Shown here: positions 20,140 to 29,558 of the stretch, piece after piece
How positions within the stretch are numbered: position 1 is the stretch's first letter
How the letters are laid out: each line of letters begins with the position of its first letter
Virus record (IMG/VR): IMGVR_UViG_3300013114_000098
Direction: 5' to 3' (one strand)
Length of the DNA: 64,000 nt
Source: a virus
Notes under the pieces: model-generated
What the model saw: only the letters and a program-made list of their open reading frames with translations
Told to the model about the DNA's origin: nothing
Database searches by the model: none
Program-made: the position numbers and the translations under genes

Positions 20140-21149
20140 TTGCAATACTTTCTCATTAATAATTCGATCTTTGTTGGATTTCGTTCAGCACTATTTATAA
20201 TACTCTTTATTGTATACAATCTTCCGTATTTTGTCAAGGCATCTGATGCATCTTTTGCATCTTTCCATTCTGGAAAAGAAACATTCCATCCATGCTTTAT
20301 TGCCGCCTTGCACATTAACTTACCTGCTTCATCTGCGTCAGGTAATACAATAATACGTTTATTTAAACTATGCAATATGTCTGCTTGATCATCATTTATA
20401 TTGTTACTGCCTATTGCACAACCATCTGTTACTATTGCATCAAGTTGTCCTTCAGACACAATAACAACTTCTTTGTTATGTGTTTGTCTATCTAAGCCAT
20501 ACACAAAATCACTTTTAGGTTGCTGATTATAGTATTTAGGCATTTTTTCAGGAATGTTATCTCCTGCCCATCGTGCTGTATAACCAACTACTTTACTTTT
20601 ATATGTAAAGGGTAATATAAATCTTTTATTAACTCTACCTTGTTGTTTACTTGGACTCCACATAAACCTATCATCAGTAATATCAAACCCACGATCAGTT
20701 AAATATGTTGCCGCCGCTGTCCAATCTGCATCTGGGTTAGTAAATTCCATAAACGGTTTAGCATCTTTTGGTAATTCTTTTTCATCCCAATCAATAACTA
20801 AATTTTTACGCCTTTTAGTTTTTATTAATAACGTTGCTACATCTTGTTCACGTAATAATTCAAGTTGTATACGTTGTATATCAGCTTCATCTGCACCCAA
20901 TGCTGTTAGTAATTGCTTTAATCTTAATGATATTCTACTTTGTGGACTCCAACCTGTTTTAAAATTACAATTAAAACAATTATACTGAAATTTTTCTTCA
21001 TCAAAATGAAAACCACCTCTACCTTTTGTGTCCGGTCTACTTTGACCATTTCTTACACACATTGGACAGTTACCACTAATCCAACCACTAGGATTAGATC
21101 GCCAGTTAGTAGGAACCAGGGCTCTGACGTAATTATTCATTAAAGTCAT
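20136..21149 (-). CDS. dnaG: DNA primase
   Basis: Zn finger CPMC...CFNC; TOPRIM EGQLDA and PDAD; KDASDA. Confidence 0.88.
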   Translation of the reverse strand: MTLMNNYVRALVPTNWRSNPSGWISGNCPMCVRNGQSRPDTKGRGGFHFDEEKFQYNCFNCNFKTGWSPQSRISLRLKQLLTALGADEADIQRIQLELLREQDVATLLIKTKRRKNLVIDWDEKELPKDAKPFMEFTNPDADWTAAATYLTDRGFDITDDRFMWSPSKQQGRVNKRFILPFTYKSKVVGYTARWAGDNIPEKMPKYYNQQPKSDFVYGLDRQTHNKEVVIVSEGQLDAIVTDGCAIGSNNINDDQADILHSLNKRIIVLPDADEAGKLMCKAAIKHGWNVSFPEWKDAKDASDALTKYGRLYTIKSIINSAERNPTKIELLMRKYCK

Positions 21150-21155
21150 GTGTAT

Positions 21156-21184
21156 ATATTACACTCTAACTATGATTTTGTCAA
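21156..21184 (-). promoter_or_regulatory. Sigma70 promoter, probably giving a leaderless primase mRNA
   Basis: TTGACA-N17-TAATAT, 6 nt before the ATG at 21149. Confidence 0.7.
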
Positions 21185-21992
21185 GTGTTCCTGCGGCTTG
21201 TGTATGTTTTGTTCTGATGTGATGAACGTTTGTTCTAAATGTCCAAGGATCAATGCCTGTGTGAGCTGTATATGGATAAAATGGTTGTGTATATGAACCT
21301 AATGTAATAATAAACCAGTCAGATTCTACTGGATTCTCACTTAAAGCACCTTCTACCCAAAAGTTACCCGTATACCCTGTTCCATATACTGCTAATGTAA
21401 CAAGCCCATTTGGTTTATTATAATAGCCTGTTGCTTTTAAGGCACTGCTATAATAGTATGTGTCTGATCCAACTACTTGTGTAGTAAACGTATCATTTAT
21501 TTGTGTGGTAAGTGGCAATGCATCGCCTTCTTCAGAACATTCAACTGTAAAGTTAGGACGCATATTTAAATCACAAAACAACGGTAATACTAATCCTGTA
21601 TCACTTGTATAACTGAATACAAGATCATATAGTCCTTGTGAAAATAATGCACTTTCGCCTACTGTTAATACAACTCTAATACTACCAGTATCATAATCAG
21701 TTATGATTGCTTTTTTACTTACTACTGTTGACCTATCTAATCTACTAATAAAAGATGCATTAACTGTAACACCTTGTAACATTATTGGTTTTCTATCTTG
21801 ATTTTTTACAAAAAAGAAAAACTGAGAATCAAACCCACGAAATAATTTTAAAAATCTGTAATTAAGTGGACTATTTACTGATGTGCCTCTAGCACTGGCG
21901 TATTTTCCTAGTCCAGGTGCTGACCCGTGGTCTTCTAATGTGTATAAATCACCTACTTGGTTGATATTATATGTTGATCCGTAATTTGACAT
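21159..21992 (-). CDS. Beta-rich virion structural protein
   Basis: 277 aa; late promoter and SD upstream. Confidence 0.5.
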   Translation of the reverse strand: MSNYGSTYNINQVGDLYTLEDHGSAPGLGKYASARGTSVNSPLNYRFLKLFRGFDSQFFFFVKNQDRKPIMLQGVTVNASFISRLDRSTVVSKKAIITDYDTGSIRVVLTVGESALFSQGLYDLVFSYTSDTGLVLPLFCDLNMRPNFTVECSEEGDALPLTTQINDTFTTQVVGSDTYYYSSALKATGYYNKPNGLVTLAVYGTGYTGNFWVEGALSENPVESDWFIITLGSYTQPFYPYTAHTGIDPWTFRTNVHHIRTKHTQAAGTLDKIIVRV

Positions 21993-22055
21993 GCGTTACA
22001 CTCCTGTAAAGTATTTATCAAAATTTCCCAAAAATTATTTGGCTAAATAGAAGTA

Positions 22056-22427
22056 ATGCAGACGAAACATCAGAAACTACTAGACGAATATCCATTTTTA
22101 ACCGTTATTGAATATGCAGGCAAAGAGTATCTTGGCGTAGTCCAGAATATAGATAGTCACGTAGCCAGTGTATATATCTACGAGCGTCTTAGACATAAAG
22201 AAGAACGAATTAGATTTTTACAATTAGGTGAAGAATGGTGGTGGGAAACAAATAGAAAATTACCTATTAATATTGCATTAATTAATAGATGGGACTTTGC
22301 TTATTGTGTTATGAGTTTTAATGTAAAACAAATGGAAATAGTAGCAGGACCAGAAGTTAGATTAAGTAACAGCATCACTAAACGTATCAAACGTAGAAGT
22401 ATTAACCTTGTAAAGAAAAACCCTTAG
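22056..22427 (+). CDS. Hypothetical protein (isolated plus-strand gene)
   Basis: 123 aa fills a gap between minus-strand genes; WWWETNR motif; own CTAAATA promoter. Confidence 0.7.
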   Translation: MQTKHQKLLDEYPFLTVIEYAGKEYLGVVQNIDSHVASVYIYERLRHKEERIRFLQLGEEWWWETNRKLPINIALINRWDFAYCVMSFNVKQMEIVAGPEVRLSNSITKRIKRRSINLVKKNP

Positions 22428-22986
22428 CCAACATATTTAACTGCAACACTATAGCCATTGCATAAGCATGGGCGTGTGCTTTCTTAAAGAAATATTCGTC
22501 CTTAACAGGCTTTACCCAAACATCATTATTAATTGTATCCCAATCCTTACCTATTAAATGTCTTTTAGCAGGTCTAATGATTGCTAAAACCGCGGCTAAT
22601 TGTGCTACACTTTTTGGTTTCATTTTACTAACAATATTAAAATGTTTATGTATATGAAAACATTGTTCAACTACTTCTTTATGCTCTAACAATTCCCACA
22701 TAGGTTCTTTATTTAATAATTCAACTAACTGTTTTTTAGATTTAATATGTTTATATAAACTAACATTAAGAACATCTATCTTAAAGTAACCCATGCTTTC
22801 TGCTTCTTTATGATCTATTGTACTAAGTCCTGTGAATGGATTACTTGGAATGTCATGAAAGTAAACACCAGTATTATGTTTTACTTGTTTGTTTTCTCTA
22901 GCAATCATTGCTGGTGTACCTTTAATTATTTTTAATAACTTATCTCTATCTGCTATATCAATATCAATATCTGTGTTTACTATCAT
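22402..22986 (-). CDS. Miniature DNA polymerase III alpha (DnaE)-like catalytic fragment
   Basis: Ordered DnaE motifs DIDID, HNTGV, GYFKIDVL, LAIIRP, FKKAHAHAYA. Confidence 0.8.
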   Translation of the reverse strand: MIVNTDIDIDIADRDKLLKIIKGTPAMIARENKQVKHNTGVYFHDIPSNPFTGLSTIDHKEAESMGYFKIDVLNVSLYKHIKSKKQLVELLNKEPMWELLEHKEVVEQCFHIHKHFNIVSKMKPKSVAQLAAVLAIIRPAKRHLIGKDWDTINNDVWVKPVKDEYFFKKAHAHAYAMAIVLQLNMLAKGFSLQG

Positions 22987-23069
22987 CTTGGATCCTCATC
23001 ATTCATTTTGTGAAGCAAATATAATGGTATAATGTAACAACATAATACAAGAAGTATGGATTCTATCAT
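22983..23069 (-). CDS. 28-aa hydrophobic peptide missing from the ORF track (MIESILLVLCCYIIPLYLLHKMNDEDPR)
   Basis: ATGA overlaps with both neighbouring genes; one TM segment. Confidence 0.65.
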   Translation of the reverse strand: MIESILLVLCCYIIPLYLLHKMNDEDPR

Positions 23070-23737
23070 ATTCCTGCCTGCTCCAATATTCTTTCTACCC
23101 ACTTACTATCCTGTGGATTTACAGTCATTGTACGTTGCCAATAACCTGTTTCCAAATAATCAGTTATCATTTTTAACTGTTCATCATTTAGGCTATCAAT
23201 TAACCTTTGTGCTTCTTTACTATTAAATAAAACCCATGGTGATATTTTTCCACTACATATATGAAACACTGCTAAATTGGCTGGTACATCATTAAAATAC
23301 TGACTGTAGTGTGTATTATTTTCTTCTGCCCATTCTTGTAAAAATATAATTGTACGTTCTACACCTCTATCAACTGATTCTGTTTTTAAACGATCTTTCA
23401 TCCAACTTGCAAACATACTATCCTTACTCCAATTATCAAGTTTTATTTGATTCCTTATAAGCCATGTTGCATAACCCGGTACATCGTCAATACCAATATC
23501 ACGACAATAATAGCCAAATTTACAAAAACTAATGTAATATTGACTCTTCGCAAATTCTTCATACGTTTTGTCATTTTTTGTATTTGTTCCTATCTTATAA
23601 AATAACTGATATGCTCTAAAACCAAGTTGTACATGTCTTTGATCTTTTTGCATAAACCTGCGTTTCTGCTCACACATATGAACTGATAATGTGCTTTCTT
23701 TTTTAAAAATTTTTGAGCAATAATCACACTTATACAT
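23066..23737 (-). CDS. C2H2-like zinc-finger protein in the replication module
   Basis: YKCDYCSKIFKKESTLSVHMC. Confidence 0.65.
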   Translation of the reverse strand: MYKCDYCSKIFKKESTLSVHMCEQKRRFMQKDQRHVQLGFRAYQLFYKIGTNTKNDKTYEEFAKSQYYISFCKFGYYCRDIGIDDVPGYATWLIRNQIKLDNWSKDSMFASWMKDRLKTESVDRGVERTIIFLQEWAEENNTHYSQYFNDVPANLAVFHICSGKISPWVLFNSKEAQRLIDSLNDEQLKMITDYLETGYWQRTMTVNPQDSKWVERILEQAGI

Positions 23738-23738
23738 C

Positions 23739-24197
23739 TTATTTCTTCAACAATTCTTTAATTTGTTTTTTATTCATTCCATGTTCCTCAAATAATTCAA
23801 CAAAGTCATCTTTTGTTTTAGTACTAATGAATATTTCAACTTCATCATCATTTAAATGACTGTAATTCTCTATAACCCACTTCTGTACTTTACTTTGTTT
23901 CATTGCTTTGCCTGGTGCTATCCAAGGATGAAACGTAGTTTTACCTAAACCAACTAACTGCATTAATTGATATTGCAATTGTGGATGTTGACGTAATTTG
24001 TTAAAATGTACATTAACTACCTCATTTGTCCATTCTAAATAATGTTCTGCAAACATTTTACTACCTGCACTACTAGTATAACGCATAAGCAACCAAATTC
24101 CAAGTTTTTTCTTTTCTTCTTCGGTAAGACTATCATACCAACCTCTATCTTTGGTATCAATAGATCTCATCTCTTCTTTAATGTTTAGTTTGCTCAT
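23739..24197 (-). CDS. Putative clamp loader small subunit (gp62-like)
   Basis: Start MSKLNIKEE by ATGA overlap; WLLMRYTS...N..HPQLQY...WI pattern and gene context. Confidence 0.5.
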   Translation of the reverse strand: MSKLNIKEEMRSIDTKDRGWYDSLTEEEKKKLGIWLLMRYTSSAGSKMFAEHYLEWTNEVVNVHFNKLRQHPQLQYQLMQLVGLGKTTFHPWIAPGKAMKQSKVQKWVIENYSHLNDDEVEIFISTKTKDDFVELFEEHGMNKKQIKELLKK

Positions 24198-24412
24198 AAT
24201 ATAATTACTTCTCCTTCGGTCTCGATCCAAACCTTTGCTCCACATGGTAGTGGCTTGTCTGGTCTATATACAACTTTAGAAGGACCTTTAAGAATGACTT
24301 CATGCCCATACGTGTTTTCTTTGTACGTCTTGCAAGTAAGTACAGGTTCTCTTTCACCCGTTTTAGCATTCCTTTTAATAATATGTTGATTGACATGTAT
24401 CTTAGTTTTCAT
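24194..24412 (-). CDS. Small phage hypothetical protein
   Basis: IHVNQH...YRPDKPLPCGAKVWIET; coupled on both sides. Confidence 0.65.
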   Translation of the reverse strand: MKTKIHVNQHIIKRNAKTGEREPVLTCKTYKENTYGHEVILKGPSKVVYRPDKPLPCGAKVWIETEGEVIIL

Positions 24413-24912
24413 TACCAAAGTTCACTAATATCTAATACCTCTGGCAATTTATTAGCCTCTTTTACAAATAATACACAAGGAGGATTTTCTCCACCATGTA
24501 ATGGAACGTTTAATAAATGCCCAAATTTTAATTTAGGTGCATACCATTTTACATCTGTGTATATGTTAGTAATATTAACATCTAAATACTTAGGCGTAAA
24601 CCCTGTCATTGGATTAAATGCAAATACACTAAACCCTCTATCATTTAAACTCATTAAACTTACTACTTCTGGATCACCTACGTCTGGATCACAAATAACT
24701 ACACTCCAATCCAACGGCATAGTAATTGAATGTTTTCCTATTTGTAATACTGCCGCAGGTGCATAAAAACTTTCTAAAAATACCAATGGAATAAAGTAAT
24801 AATCAATGTGTCCTGGATTGCTGTAATCTAAAATACTATATCGCAAGTCTTCTACTGTATCAGGTATATCATCAAGCTCATACGTCTTATTTTCAACGGT
24901 TAATATCTTCAT
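24412..24912 (-). CDS. Hypothetical protein downstream of uvsW
   Basis: 166 aa, beta-rich. Confidence 0.55.
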   Translation of the reverse strand: MKILTVENKTYELDDIPDTVEDLRYSILDYSNPGHIDYYFIPLVFLESFYAPAAVLQIGKHSITMPLDWSVVICDPDVGDPEVVSLMSLNDRGFSVFAFNPMTGFTPKYLDVNITNIYTDVKWYAPKLKFGHLLNVPLHGGENPPCVLFVKEANKLPEVLDISELW

Positions 24913-24921
24913 GTCTTTTCC

Positions 24922-26373
24922 TTATTGCCAATCTACTTTGTCAATAGTAAATGGATAATTCGCTTCTTTGTAAAATTTCTTACGTTGTGTAAGATGTCTT
25001 TTACTAAATTTTGCTGAACTAGTAATATCCCATATTTGAACATTATCTTTATCTTCAGCTCTTCTTATTCCACGACCAATGCTTTGAATAACTCTAACAA
25101 AACTTTTGCCAGGCTCAATGAGCACTAAATTAAAAATACGTGGAATGTTAATACCTACTGCCGCAACTCCATATGTTGCTACAACAATTTGATTAGTTCC
25201 TTCGTTAATATCATCATAATGATCTCTACGATCAGTTGTTTTCATTGACCCACTAACAAAGTTAGCATGTGGTAGATTAGTACAAATTAATCCACCTGCT
25301 TTAATTCTATCTACTAAGACAAGTGTATTACCTGATTGAGATATTTTATCAATTAATCCACTTATATGCTTCATACGTTCTTTATTAGTAGTAAGATACG
25401 TTAACTCACTTTGATAATTATTGTATTCAGCAAATTCTTTTAACTGAATTACATTAACATGACATTGACTAAGTACATCTATTTCTTGTAATTTACTTGC
25501 ACTAAGTTTATTAGTTACTTCACCTAGACATGCCTGTAAACTAACTTTTTCATGATCTGCTTTTGGAATTGTTCCTGTAAGTCCCCAACGAATTGGTACA
25601 TTTGCAAATTCCTTTGTTAATAAGTCTTTGAGTACATCTGCTTTAGCCTGATGTACTTCATCTACTATAACACAAACTACGTCATCTGTAAAGTCCTGTA
25701 AACTAAGATCACTAAGTCCATCTCGGAATCTTTTTCTAATACTGTTTAAACTCTGCCACGTGCAGATAGTATGGGTCCGTCCTATATCTTTCTTGTCGCC
25801 AAAGTAAACGCCGACATCTAGTCCTAAATTCGCGTAATCGTCAGAAGTTTGCCGAACCAAGTCTTTATTTGGTACAATAACAATTGACCTTCCATACTTT
25901 TCTGCACGTTCAGAGAGTGCGGCCGTAATAAGTGTTTTACCTGCTCCTGTAGCAATTTCTTGCAAACAATGAGGTGTATTTAAAAATTTGTTAATACATT
26001 CAATTTGATAATCACGTAATGTAATCTTTTCACCAGCTAATTGGTGTTTTTTCGGCCATACTTTATGTTGAAATGTTGTTTCATCTACATGAGCAAACCG
26101 AAAATCATATACATTTCTAAGGTCATTAACATCTATTTCATAACCTTGATTCATTATAATGGGTAATACTCGATCAAGTAGATTAGTGTAAGTTATCCCG
26201 CCAACTGTAAAATAGCTCGTACACCCATCCCATCTACCTAATTTATATGCTGGTACATGAAATGCATACGGAAGAAAGAACTTTAATTCTTTCTCACATT
26301 TTCTACGGGTGGTGATATCTAAACCTTCTACTTTACAATTTACTTCATCTCTTAAAGTAATTTTACATTTCAT
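24922..26373 (-). CDS. uvsW: SF2 DNA helicase UvsW-like
   Basis: LRDYQ, ATGAGKT, DEVH, GLTGT, QSIGRGIR. Confidence 0.92.
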   Translation of the reverse strand: MKCKITLRDEVNCKVEGLDITTRRKCEKELKFFLPYAFHVPAYKLGRWDGCTSYFTVGGITYTNLLDRVLPIIMNQGYEIDVNDLRNVYDFRFAHVDETTFQHKVWPKKHQLAGEKITLRDYQIECINKFLNTPHCLQEIATGAGKTLITAALSERAEKYGRSIVIVPNKDLVRQTSDDYANLGLDVGVYFGDKKDIGRTHTICTWQSLNSIRKRFRDGLSDLSLQDFTDDVVCVIVDEVHQAKADVLKDLLTKEFANVPIRWGLTGTIPKADHEKVSLQACLGEVTNKLSASKLQEIDVLSQCHVNVIQLKEFAEYNNYQSELTYLTTNKERMKHISGLIDKISQSGNTLVLVDRIKAGGLICTNLPHANFVSGSMKTTDRRDHYDDINEGTNQIVVATYGVAAVGINIPRIFNLVLIEPGKSFVRVIQSIGRGIRRAEDKDNVQIWDITSSAKFSKRHLTQRKKFYKEANYPFTIDKVDWQ

Positions 26374-26399
26374 AAAAGTTTATATCCTTTAGTAGTTAT

Positions 26400-26428
26400 A
26401 TAATACACTATAGTATAAGAAAAGTCAA
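26400..26428 (-). promoter_or_regulatory. Sigma70-type promoter for uvsW
   Basis: TTGACT-N17-TATTAT. Confidence 0.6.
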
Positions 26429-26452
26429 TAGCTATCACAAATATTTAGCCAT

Positions 26453-26477
26453 AAAAAAAGCCCTTTCGGGCTTTTTT
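26453..26477 (-). terminator. Intrinsic terminator
   Basis: AGCCC-GAAA-GGGCT followed by a U-tract. Confidence 0.85.
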
Positions 26478-26494
26478 CTAAAATTTATTTTTTG

Positions 26495-27361
26495 TTATGC
26501 TCTTCGCATACAAGTAACTTCAGCAGTTCGTTTCCACTTACTACCACCAAAACTCTTTTTTAAGTCTGCAAGTTTAGTTACCATACGTAAACTAATTTCT
26601 CTCATCTTATCTTTATTATCAAACATAAAACCTAAAATATCAGCTTCTTCTTCAGAAGTAAATTGATATTCATTAAGCATACCATCTGCAACAATCTGCT
26701 TACATCTTAAAATCTTTTCACGTGTAGTATCTAATGTTAGATCTAAATAATGACATCTTGACATGATTGCCGCTAAGTGATCTTTAATTTTACCACGTAC
26801 ATTGTCAAATTTAAGATTGGTAATAAAAATAACTGAACCATTAAATTCAAATTGATCTGGAATTCCTTCCCTACGTAATAATGAACTATCTGTATTCCAA
26901 CATAATTTTCTTTTCTTACATGAATCAAGTGCCGCTTTAAGTAAGTTAAGCGATGTTTCATCATATAATACTGTATCACAGTCATCTAATACTAGTACAC
27001 TATTTGAATCTGAATTATTAAAAAGTACCTTGTACAAACCAATTGCACTAGAAGCACCTTTAACAGTTTCAAATCTTGTTTTCTTACTAGCAAGAACGTC
27101 AAACAAACTATTTTTTTCTAATACTTGTTCAACACCAAATGATTTACCAACTCCTGGAGGGCCTGTTACAACCATTCCACGAACAACACCATCAATTGAG
27201 GCTTGGGTCATTTCATCTAAAATCATAAAACGCTCTCTCATTCTTTCTATGATCTGAGCGTCTGTTTCGTTTGGATTATCCTTCACATTATTGGGAAGAA
27301 CTTCTACAATTGTCTCGCCTTTACGATTTTTACGAGCTCTTTTTAATTCCATACGTGCCAT
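26495..27361 (-). CDS. AAA+ ATPase
   Basis: Walker A GPPGVGKS, Walker B LVLDDCD, FITN and SRC motifs. Confidence 0.85.
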   Translation of the reverse strand: MARMELKRARKNRKGETIVEVLPNNVKDNPNETDAQIIERMRERFMILDEMTQASIDGVVRGMVVTGPPGVGKSFGVEQVLEKNSLFDVLASKKTRFETVKGASSAIGLYKVLFNNSDSNSVLVLDDCDTVLYDETSLNLLKAALDSCKKRKLCWNTDSSLLRREGIPDQFEFNGSVIFITNLKFDNVRGKIKDHLAAIMSRCHYLDLTLDTTREKILRCKQIVADGMLNEYQFTSEEEADILGFMFDNKDKMREISLRMVTKLADLKKSFGGSKWKRTAEVTCMRRA

Positions 27362-27375
27362 TTATTGACTCCTTC

Positions 27376-27423
27376 TTTTATTAACTATACTTATAGTATA
27401 CAGTAAGACGTCTTACTTGTCAA
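27376..27423 (-). promoter_or_regulatory. Early promoter with palindromic spacer (copy 1 of a 48-bp repeat)
   Basis: TTGACA-AGTAAGACGTCTTACTG-TATACT; identical to 50542-50589. Confidence 0.85.
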
Positions 27424-27460
27424 CCTATTATACCGTCTTTTTTCACTTTTTTTGCTGGTG

Positions 27461-27473
27461 TAAGTCATTGATA
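27461..27473. promoter_or_regulatory. IHF consensus site
   Basis: Reverse complement TATCAATGACTTA matches WATCAANNNNTTR. Confidence 0.5.
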
Positions 27474-27485
27474 TTATTAAGTTTT

Positions 27486-27626
27486 TCATTCATCTGGCGA
27501 ATTATATGAAATAACATACCATTTGATACCTAATTCTTCACAAATTTTAAGTATTTCTGGCAATTCTTCGCTCTGAAAATCATGTGTGATGTAGTTATTA
27601 TATGCTTTGTAACAAATTATTCTCAT
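27486..27626 (-). CDS. Small hypothetical protein
   Basis: Short ORF MRIICYK...; start uncertain. Confidence 0.4.
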   Translation of the reverse strand: MRIICYKAYNNYITHDFQSEELPEILKICEELGIKWYVISYNSPDE

Positions 27627-27645
27627 TATTCCATTATTCATAGAA

Positions 27646-27673
27646 TTGGGCCCAATATAAAATGGGCCCAATA
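27646..27673 (-). terminator. Hairpin after the HTH gene
   Basis: Two tgggcccaata copies forming a stem. Confidence 0.45.
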
Positions 27674-27692
27674 ATGTGCTTTTAACAAGCGA

Positions 27693-27953
27693 TTAGTAAG
27701 TTACTCTTTTTTTAGCAATTGCATACTCGTTAGCATTTCTACCAACACAGCCATCTTCAACTGCTACTGCTTTTACATTAAAACCTTCTTCTCTTAATTC
27801 AGAAAGTCTTGCACCCGGAGATGCAATGTCTAATTTATCTCTTAAATCATCCATTGTAAAAGTTTTGCCGTTTCCCCAAAATTTAGCGAGGATTCTTTGA
27901 TTTTGAGTACCTTCTTTAAAAAATCTAGTACCCACTTTGTTTTTCTTTGGCAT
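27693..27953 (-). CDS. Winged helix-turn-helix DNA-binding protein
   Basis: IASPGARLSELREEGFNV; start MPKKNK with AAGGAG SD. Confidence 0.7.
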   Translation of the reverse strand: MPKKNKVGTRFFKEGTQNQRILAKFWGNGKTFTMDDLRDKLDIASPGARLSELREEGFNVKAVAVEDGCVGRNANEYAIAKKRVTY

Positions 27954-28004
27954 TTTAACTCCTTTATTATTAATTAATAACAATTAATGTTATTCTTAAG
28001 TTAT

Positions 28005-28033
28005 AATATATACTATGAATTAAATATTGTCAA
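28005..28033 (-). promoter_or_regulatory. Sigma70-type promoter
   Basis: TTGACA-N17-TATATT. Confidence 0.65.
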
Positions 28034-28047
28034 CCTTTAAAAAACCC

Positions 28048-28791
28048 TTATATTTCAAGGATTTTTACCCTATTAACCATGGTTTCTTTGGCATTTGTGT
28101 ACTTGGATAGCTCATGTTTATTAACAGTACCACGGATTTTAATGGTTTTATTAGAAATAATATCACTAATATCTGGTTGATCTCTCCACCAAAACTTAAT
28201 AATGTCTTTTTTAGCATAAACTGTAGTAATCATATATATGTCACTAGTTTGAATATACTTAACATCTAGTACTTTTACACTCAGATCGTATCTTTTGCTT
28301 TTTTCACCAAAATATTGACTACTATGCTTTAATGAAGCCATACTATCTTCTACTTCTTCACGTTTTTTATCAATACTTACACTATGAGGCAAACTAGCAA
28401 TAATGCTTATAGCAAATTTATTAACATCTACGTCATTTAATACTTTTGCAACATTTTGCTCAAAATTGTTAAGATTATTAGTCATTTTCTTAAGCATTAA
28501 CTTACCATTAATACTATCAATAAGAGTATTAGCCTCATCATATTGTTCTTGTGTGAATTTATGCTTTGTATCTAAATATTGTGCCATTATGACAGTTTTG
28601 TTGTCAAATGTCTCTATAGGGTCGATATCTGGATTACTGTTATCCGTATATCCTTGCCCAGATCTGATAAAACCTTGTTTATTATATACCGCGATAGCGG
28701 CACACATTACATCAGTAACTGTAGCATTAGGAAAAGGCATTTTTTTAGTCATTTTAGACTCCACTGGTATTATTAAATCACTATCAAACAT
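28048..28791 (-). CDS. Hypothetical protein with C-terminal OB-fold-like domain
   Basis: C-terminal IKIRGTVNKH...ETMVNRVK. Confidence 0.55.
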   Translation of the reverse strand: MFDSDLIIPVESKMTKKMPFPNATVTDVMCAAIAVYNKQGFIRSGQGYTDNSNPDIDPIETFDNKTVIMAQYLDTKHKFTQEQYDEANTLIDSINGKLMLKKMTNNLNNFEQNVAKVLNDVDVNKFAISIIASLPHSVSIDKKREEVEDSMASLKHSSQYFGEKSKRYDLSVKVLDVKYIQTSDIYMITTVYAKKDIIKFWWRDQPDISDIISNKTIKIRGTVNKHELSKYTNAKETMVNRVKILEI

Positions 28792-28805
28792 TTATTTATA
28801 AGTAT

Positions 28806-28834
28806 ATTATATGGTAAGATGTCTTACTTGTCAA
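28806..28834 (-). promoter_or_regulatory. Early promoter with near-palindromic spacer
   Basis: TTGACA-AGTAAGACATCTTACCA-TATAAT. Confidence 0.85.
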
Positions 28835-28839
28835 CCGAT

Positions 28840-29298
28840 TTATAGTGAAATATCTTCTAATCCTGCGGCTCTGAGCTTCACAATGTTGTTTATTTGGAAC
28901 TGTTTTGCTTCTAATGCTTTAATAACCCCTATATATTTGTTTCTTACTAGACTAAAATCATTAATAAGATACTGTAAATCTACAACTTCTTGCTCACCAT
29001 CTACAAATTTATCTGCATCACGTGAACTAAGTGCTTTGTTATAATTTTCTAAAAACTTACGAAATATTTTGGCTCGTAATTTACGCATTTCTATATTAAG
29101 AAACTCAAGTATTGCTTCAACTTCTTGTAGCTGATTAAACCTATGTTCAACGATACCAGGCATATCTCTGCTTTGCTTTTCCAATATGCCTTTCATACTA
29201 CATTCATATCGAGCTTCATCTATTTGTTTCTCATAATGAGCTATAGCGTCAACTATATCTCCCAAATTTGCCGTTACTTTACGATACCAAACACTCAT
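28840..29298 (-). CDS. uvsY: Recombination mediator UvsY-like
   Basis: Helical, 152 aa, downstream of recA; C-terminal FQINNIVKLR. Confidence 0.7.
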   Translation of the reverse strand: MSVWYRKVTANLGDIVDAIAHYEKQIDEARYECSMKGILEKQSRDMPGIVEHRFNQLQEVEAILEFLNIEMRKLRAKIFRKFLENYNKALSSRDADKFVDGEQEVVDLQYLINDFSLVRNKYIGVIKALEAKQFQINNIVKLRAAGLEDISL

Positions 29299-29558
29299 TA
29301 GTAATTCATTTCCTCATTATCTTCGTCATCAAAAAACTCTTCGCCTTCTTCCATTTCAAAGTGTTGATCTATTGCATCACTTAAATATTCACAATGATCT
29401 GCTATTTCTTTATAAGCCAATTTAATATCAAATCCATAGTCAATCATATGATTTAAAGTTTTACGAGCCCATTCGGGCTTGTCTTTTTCTGCCATAAAAT
29501 CTTGGGCTTCATCATATAAATTAAATATAAACTCAAAATCACCATCAGTCAGATTCAT
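29298..29558 (-). CDS. Acidic hypothetical protein
   Basis: Start MNLTDGDF with GGAG SD. Confidence 0.55.
   Translation of the reverse strand: MNLTDGDFEFIFNLYDEAQDFMAEKDKPEWARKTLNHMIDYGFDIKLAYKEIADHCEYLSDAIDQHFEMEEGEEFFDDEDNEEMNY

Noticed and set aside
24412-24912. Possible degenerate Hint domain
   Set aside because: No N-terminal Cys/Ser or C-terminal His-Asn motif is visible; it cannot be supported without a profile search.
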